Source: the human T2T-CHM13v2.0 reference genome, Homo sapiens. Taken from it: a DNA stretch of 64,000 nucleotides. A model generated the notes under the pieces. The model did no database searches. It was given only the letters and a program-made list of their open reading frames with translations, and had not been told where the DNA came from. The stretch is from the NCBI RefSeq assembly GCF_009914755.1, contig NC_060926.1. One strand, written 5' to 3'. This document shows, in pieces, positions 58,886-64,000 of this stretch. The translations under genes were made by a program, and so were the position numbers. Every line of letters begins with the position of its first letter. Positions within the stretch are counted from its first letter, which is position 1.

Positions 58886-60514
58886 ATGACAGAAAAAAAA
58901 AATCAGACCACAGCCATTTTTCTGCTTACATTTCTCCAGTGGCTTTTGTCACATTCAGAAAAATATAGAAACTCCTCCCAGCTCACAAAATTTTATGTCT
59001 GGGCTGAGATCGCTGTTAATCTTCTGCCACCCTCCCTTTCCCTTGAGTCTCCAGCCACACTGGCCCCATTTCTGTTCCTAGAACATAACAAACTCATTCC
59101 TGCCTTTGGGTATTGGCACTAGCCGTTTCCTCTCCCTAGAATGTTCTCTCCTCTGATCTTTGCATAGCTGGTAATTTCTTGTGGTTAGGATCTGAGTTTA
59201 AATGTTAGTAATTCTTAGGAACCCCAACTATAAAAAATATAAATAAAGTTCACGAATTTGCTGGGTACTTTCAACTCAATGCAAACACAGGTAAGCTTTT
59301 TGTGCTCTAAAAGTACTGCTTCAGTATTTTTACTTTTGAAAATTATAAAATTCTTCCAGAATGTAATACACAGTACTTCATTAAATTGACATTTAAAAGC
59401 AGAAAATAGTATCCTAGAAATTGTGTCCACCAGTGCCTAGAGAACCCTGTGAGGCTGAAGTACTGTGTTGCCAGAGCTTGCCATGTGACGGTGGGCCAAG
59501 TGCCCCACCTTTGTGAGCAGGAGTTCCCCCCACTGGGAAAGTAGATACAATCACCTCTTGCTTAAGACAAGAAATATACATGTGTATGGCCACATTTTGG
59601 TTTGATAACAAAGGAATTAAAGATGCCTTGATCTGTGCAAATCTTCTCCCCTGGAAAAATACATAACCAGGGCACATGTGCTCAGCATTGCCTTCCAAAG
59701 TTCTTTCTCAACCTTGTAAGTTCTCGTTCTGAGGGCATATAAAGTATGTTTATGCAATCCCTTGTGAAAATAGATGAGGCAATATGGCTAGTGTCATAAG
59801 CAATACATTGATGAAGAAATGATTCAGAAACAAGAGAAAGGCAAATAGGTGAGCAGTGGGGTAGAGGAGCATTGACATTCTAAGTGGCGCAGTTATTCCC
59901 TGGGTTGAGTGGCACATTTGGTCTCCCTGGCGCTTGGAACTATAAATACTCTAGTAGCAGCCCTGCCCACCCCCCAGCCATTGTGCCAACTACAAATGCC
60001 CACACATTTCCAATCACTCCCTAGAGTGCCTGAGAATTAATGAATGGCACAGCCATTATCTTGGTGCTTTATATTTTACAGCAAATGTACCTTCAGGATG
60101 AAATTTGCTAAAGAGACAATTCATATAGTACTTTTACCCACAATGTTTTTATGTTAATAGCCTTTTAGCTTAATGCTTTTGTGCTTTGCAAACTAATTCT
60201 GGAACACATTAAGTGTGTTAAGTGAGGGATACTTATACAGGGATCTAAACCTACCAAATGGAATTAGCGTGAAGGAACCTTTGACAAGCAGTTTGAAGAC
60301 AAAGTGCCACATCAATGTTCAAAAATATAATTACCACAGTGGAGGCCATTATCACATTTCTCTGCTTATGAGAACACAATTAAAATTAGGGATCTCTACA
60401 TTTTCCTTGAAAGGGTGAGTTCAGTCAGTCAAGCAAGCAATTTCCTTAGCAATGACTGGGAAGAAGGTGTATTAGTATGATGTTACAGCCTCAAAGGACA
60501 CCGTGATAGACCAG

Positions 60515-61058
60515 GGTGGCGAGTAGCTTCCAAAAATGGCTCCTAGTAATTGCTGTTCCTGCTGTTCACACCCTTGGGGAATCCCTTGCCCTTGAGTATA
60601 GATTGGACTTAGTAACTTGCTTCTCATGAATAGAATATGAGAAAAATGATGAAATATCACTTCTGAAATTCAGTTGCAAAAATCTGTGACTCTGTCTTGC
60701 TCTTTGTCTCCCTGGCTTTTCTCAGCCTGCTCGCCCGCAAGGCAAGCTGCCATGTTGTGAGCTTCCCTATGGGAAGGCCCATCTGGCAAGGAACGGACGG
60801 CAGCCAACAGCCATCAAGGAACTGAGGCCCTCAGTGTAACAACCCATGAGAAGAATCCTGCCAACAACCATATGAGTGAACTTAGAAATGGATCGTTCCC
60901 AGGCCAACACCATGATTACAGGCTGTGAGAGACCCTGGAACAGAAGACCCAGCTAAACTAGGGCTGACTCATAGAAACTGTGGGTTAGGAAACATTTGTT
61001 GTTTTAAGCCACTAAGTTTTGGGGTAATTTGTTACACAGCAATAGATAACTAATATAC
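60515..61058 (+). mobile_element. MLT1E/F-like MaLR LTR
   Basis: ttccaaaaatggctcc...caaggaactgaggccctcag...ttgttttaagccactaagttttggggtaatttgttacacagcaatagataactaata. Confidence 0.85.
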
Positions 61059-61889
61059 CCAGTCTACTCTAAACAACAGGAAGCACTCACTTGTGGTGTG
61101 ACTCCTGTTTTACATTCTTTAAGATTGAAAAGCACCCAGATTTGTATATTTGAATAAGAAGGGAGGCAGGGCTGAGTACAAAACCTCCCTTAACATTTCT
61201 GGCAGAAAAAAACAAAACATTATATGGCAAGATGGCATCGAAGAGAGAACATCTAGAGGCAGATGTGGTATCATCAGATCACTATCTTCAAAAATTCAAG
61301 TTGTATAACTTCTCTAGGATTCAGTTTCTTCCTGAAAGAGCTGGTGATGTGACTGGGCTGGACTGTAATAACTGCTAACATTCTATACTACTTGATTTGG
61401 GGAACTCAGGCAGGCACCACCCCCAAGTCTCTTCGTCAATAGCTGGAAACTCCATCATTAGGAATTTGTTCCTTAGTGCTTCCAGAGACTGTCCCTGAAG
61501 TTACTACTCAAGATGAAAAATTTTGGATGGTGAGATAGATGGGGAAGGAAATTCTATGGATACCTTTAAGGATAGTGCAGAGATGGAGGTTCTTGTGTTG
61601 TTATAAAGTCCCTGAAGGGTAATGGTGACAATACCAAAGTTAGGCATGGTTGATTTCACAATTTTGAGGACCTAATAAGCTTCCTCTTTTTTGATGTGGA
61701 CTATATAACTGATCACATTTCTCCTCTTACCTTGGCTGCAAGGACGCTGAGAGCAAACACAAGTTCAGTCACAGATACTGTTTTAAATTTTATGGTTCCT
61801 TTATCTGTTTGTATTCTTTTTCTCTGTTCTCATTTTTCTATTTCTAGTTTATCACGTCTTTTGTCATAACCCAGCTCAAATCCTTTATG

Positions 61890-62077
61890 GGCCAGCCTGG
61901 GCAATATAGTGAGACCCCATCTCTACAAAAAAACAAAATTAGCTAGGCATAGTGGTGCACATCTGTAGTCCCAGCTACTCGGGAGGCTGAGGTAGGAAGA
62001 TTACTTCAGCCCAGGAGGTCGAGGCTGCAGTGAGCCGAGATCTCACAACTGCCCATCAGCCTGGACAACAGAGCAGA

Positions 62078-62108
<31 letters not shown>
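61890..62108 (+). mobile_element. 5'-truncated Alu (AluJ/FRAM-like) with (CAAAA)n tail
   Basis: Flanks cctttatgg on both sides. Confidence 0.9.
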
Positions 62109-62356
62109 CCCTTTATGGAAAAAAGTTGGAAGCATAAATACATATAATAAACACAAGCATATATGTTTGAATTTTTTCTCTAATTGTGATAACACAAACA
62201 TAAATCGTGAATCTGGAGATACACTTTTATCTTGATTATTTTCTAAATTTAAAGTTAATTTGGCTTGAGGGGGTGCAAAGATTTAAATTAGCATAATTTA
62301 GAAAAAGCATAAATTGGAAAAATTAAAACACAAATTCCAACAATATTTGTACCGTT

Positions 62357-62362
62357 TTTATT
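62357..62362 (-). terminator. Poly(A) signal AATAAA (main distal site)
   Basis: Plus-strand tttatt; followed on the minus strand by ggaatttgtgttttaattttt, a U/GU-rich downstream element. Confidence 0.75.
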
Positions 62363-63547
62363 TGTAAAAATAACCATCTGAATGCATTTCCATAGTATAT
62401 TACAGTTAAGTACTTCATTACGTTATTAGAGCATTCAGTAGTTGCAAAAGTATTAAACTGTGCTTGAGAAGATTCAGATTGTTTCAGTCATTCACTGAAC
62501 TAAAAGTCATTTTCCCCATTTTTACAGTCATGACATTTACCAGAGTCATTCAACTCCAATTTACATAAGAAAACATTATAGACAAAATCCCACTGAAATC
62601 ATCAAACAATATTTTATGCTGTTACAAATATGTTATGCAAAATATAACACTGGCACCAGATTTGTATCATCGTGCTTTACAAAGATATATTGCACATGCT
62701 AGAGCATAAAATATGTAGACAAAACTACCAAATAAAAGATATTTGCATTGAATTTTTAGATCACATAAGAAACGCATAGAATTACATTTTATACAAACAC
62801 TCAGATTGTCACTATCTTAAAATGCTTTTCCCCTATAATACTGACCTATGGTTTATAGTTTCGTAAGACGAAAGCATTTTAGCACTGCAAAATCAAACAA
62901 TTCCTATAGAAAACTTAAGCATTTTCATATTCATTTCAATGCAAGTACAAGGGGAAATAGGAAAAAAGACACTTTATACATTCAAAGAAAAGTTGAAATG
63001 AAAACTCACTGGTATCATATTGCTCTGATAACACTCAAATGAAAAAATACAAAACATTCCACAGAACATTTTCAGAATATACAAATATAAAAAGGCACTC
63101 TAACTTCATATTACAAGACAATAAAACGGATGAGTTCTTCAACCAACACAACATATAAGCACACCAAGTTGCTCAACAGTACAAAGAATAACTAGTGCAG
63201 CAAATCCATTTGATGTTCTTGTTCTAATTTAATAACAAAATGATAAACCAAGCAGTGTTTACTGCCTAAAGTACCAAAACATACTATGGTGCCCTTTTAG
63301 TAGTGATAAATAGAAATACCCTGAGCTATTTACTGTAGAATCATAGCAGATTTTAGGCAATTTGGAGATAGTAATGTATTTAGCAAAGACAGGCAGACAC
63401 TGGCAAATAAGTAAGTGCAATGAAACATGATCCTTGTAGTTGTGGTTAAAATACAGTCTAAAAATAACACAAATAAAAGCACTAAGCAACTAAGACTCAG
63501 TTAAAAACACATTTTTTTTTCTTAGAAAGCTATGGTGCAAACATAAT

Positions 63548-63553
63548 TTTATT
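63548..63553 (-). terminator. Candidate proximal poly(A) signal AATAAA
   Basis: Plus-strand tttatt; tgtgttttt about 40 nt downstream on the minus strand. Confidence 0.45.
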
Positions 63554-63635
63554 TCTAAGAGATGTAATTAAAATACAGAAATGATAGTTTTTAAAGTCAT
63601 TTCTTTAAAAAAATTTTGCCTTGGGGTATGGGAGA

Positions 63636-63667
63636 AAGAGAAAGAGAGGAAGAGAGAGAGAGAGAGA
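63636..63667. repeat. (GA)n microsatellite in the 3' UTR
   Basis: Interrupted GA run. Confidence 0.85.
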
Positions 63668-64000
63668 TCAGTTGATGTAATGAACAGTTCATTGTGAGCA
63701 TGATTTCATTTCGTTCCTTTGTCCTCCTTCTATGAGTAAGAGAGTGGGAAAAGTCAAAACGCAGCTCCATGGAGATAACGTCTCATGGTGAGTCACTGCT
63801 TTGCTGAAATGATTCTTGTACTCTCTGCTACACGACAGGAAAAATGTTAACGCTGCTTTGCCATTAAAGCAAGCATTTCATTTCCTGCTTGAAATGCCAA
63901 CTGAGCAAGATTTCCATTCACTTCTAGAAAAAGACACCGCAGCATATTGTGCTTCTTCAACACTGAACCTCTCTTAATTTTCAGTGTTTTGGTAAAGATA

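Larger units (their letters stand above)
56600..59215. mobile_element. Fragmented L2 hosting an Alu, an LTR and an L1PA
   Basis: ttgccaaatccattggtcaac; aacctctaaatgctggagtg; acagcagccagagtgatcttttaaaaatg; ctccagccacactggcc. Confidence 0.7.
62335..64000 (-). other. ANKRD44: 3' UTR (distal part of the last exon), probably ANKRD44
   Basis: TE-free, U-rich on the minus strand, many miRNA seed matches, ends at AATAAA with a downstream U/GU tract. Identity rests on recalled gene order (ANKRD44 lies upstream of PGAP1 on the same strand); no ANKRD44 coding sequence is visible. Confidence 0.7.

Overview
This is primate, almost certainly human, genomic DNA. It is not microbial: there are no operons, CRISPR arrays, rRNA or tRNA. 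The only well-supported coding segment is exon 1 of PGAP1 (GPI inositol-deacylase) on the minus strand (2143-2289). It sits in a CpG-island promoter with a short GGC repeat just upstream of the ATG, and 1-2142 is intron 1. About 3.5-62 kb is repeat-rich: about 30 Alus, old L1/L2 fragments, MaLR and ERV1 LTRs, and hAT/mariner MITEs. The last ~1.7 kb (62.3-64 kb) reads as a minus-strand 3' UTR; by recalled gene order on 2q33.1 this should be ANKRD44. A candidate distal terminal exon of the same gene lies at 42.7-43.1 kb. Nearly all ORF-track entries are Alu/L1 or GC-rich artefacts. I found no convincing new multi-gene system. The best leads are an in-frame poly-Gly GGC tract ahead of PGAP1, several locally templated insertions (one forming a ~150-bp AT-rich palindrome), an Alu-arm tandem duplication, and a miRNA-site cluster between two poly(A) signals. 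Repeat family names come from memory of consensus sequences, and repeat boundaries are approximate.
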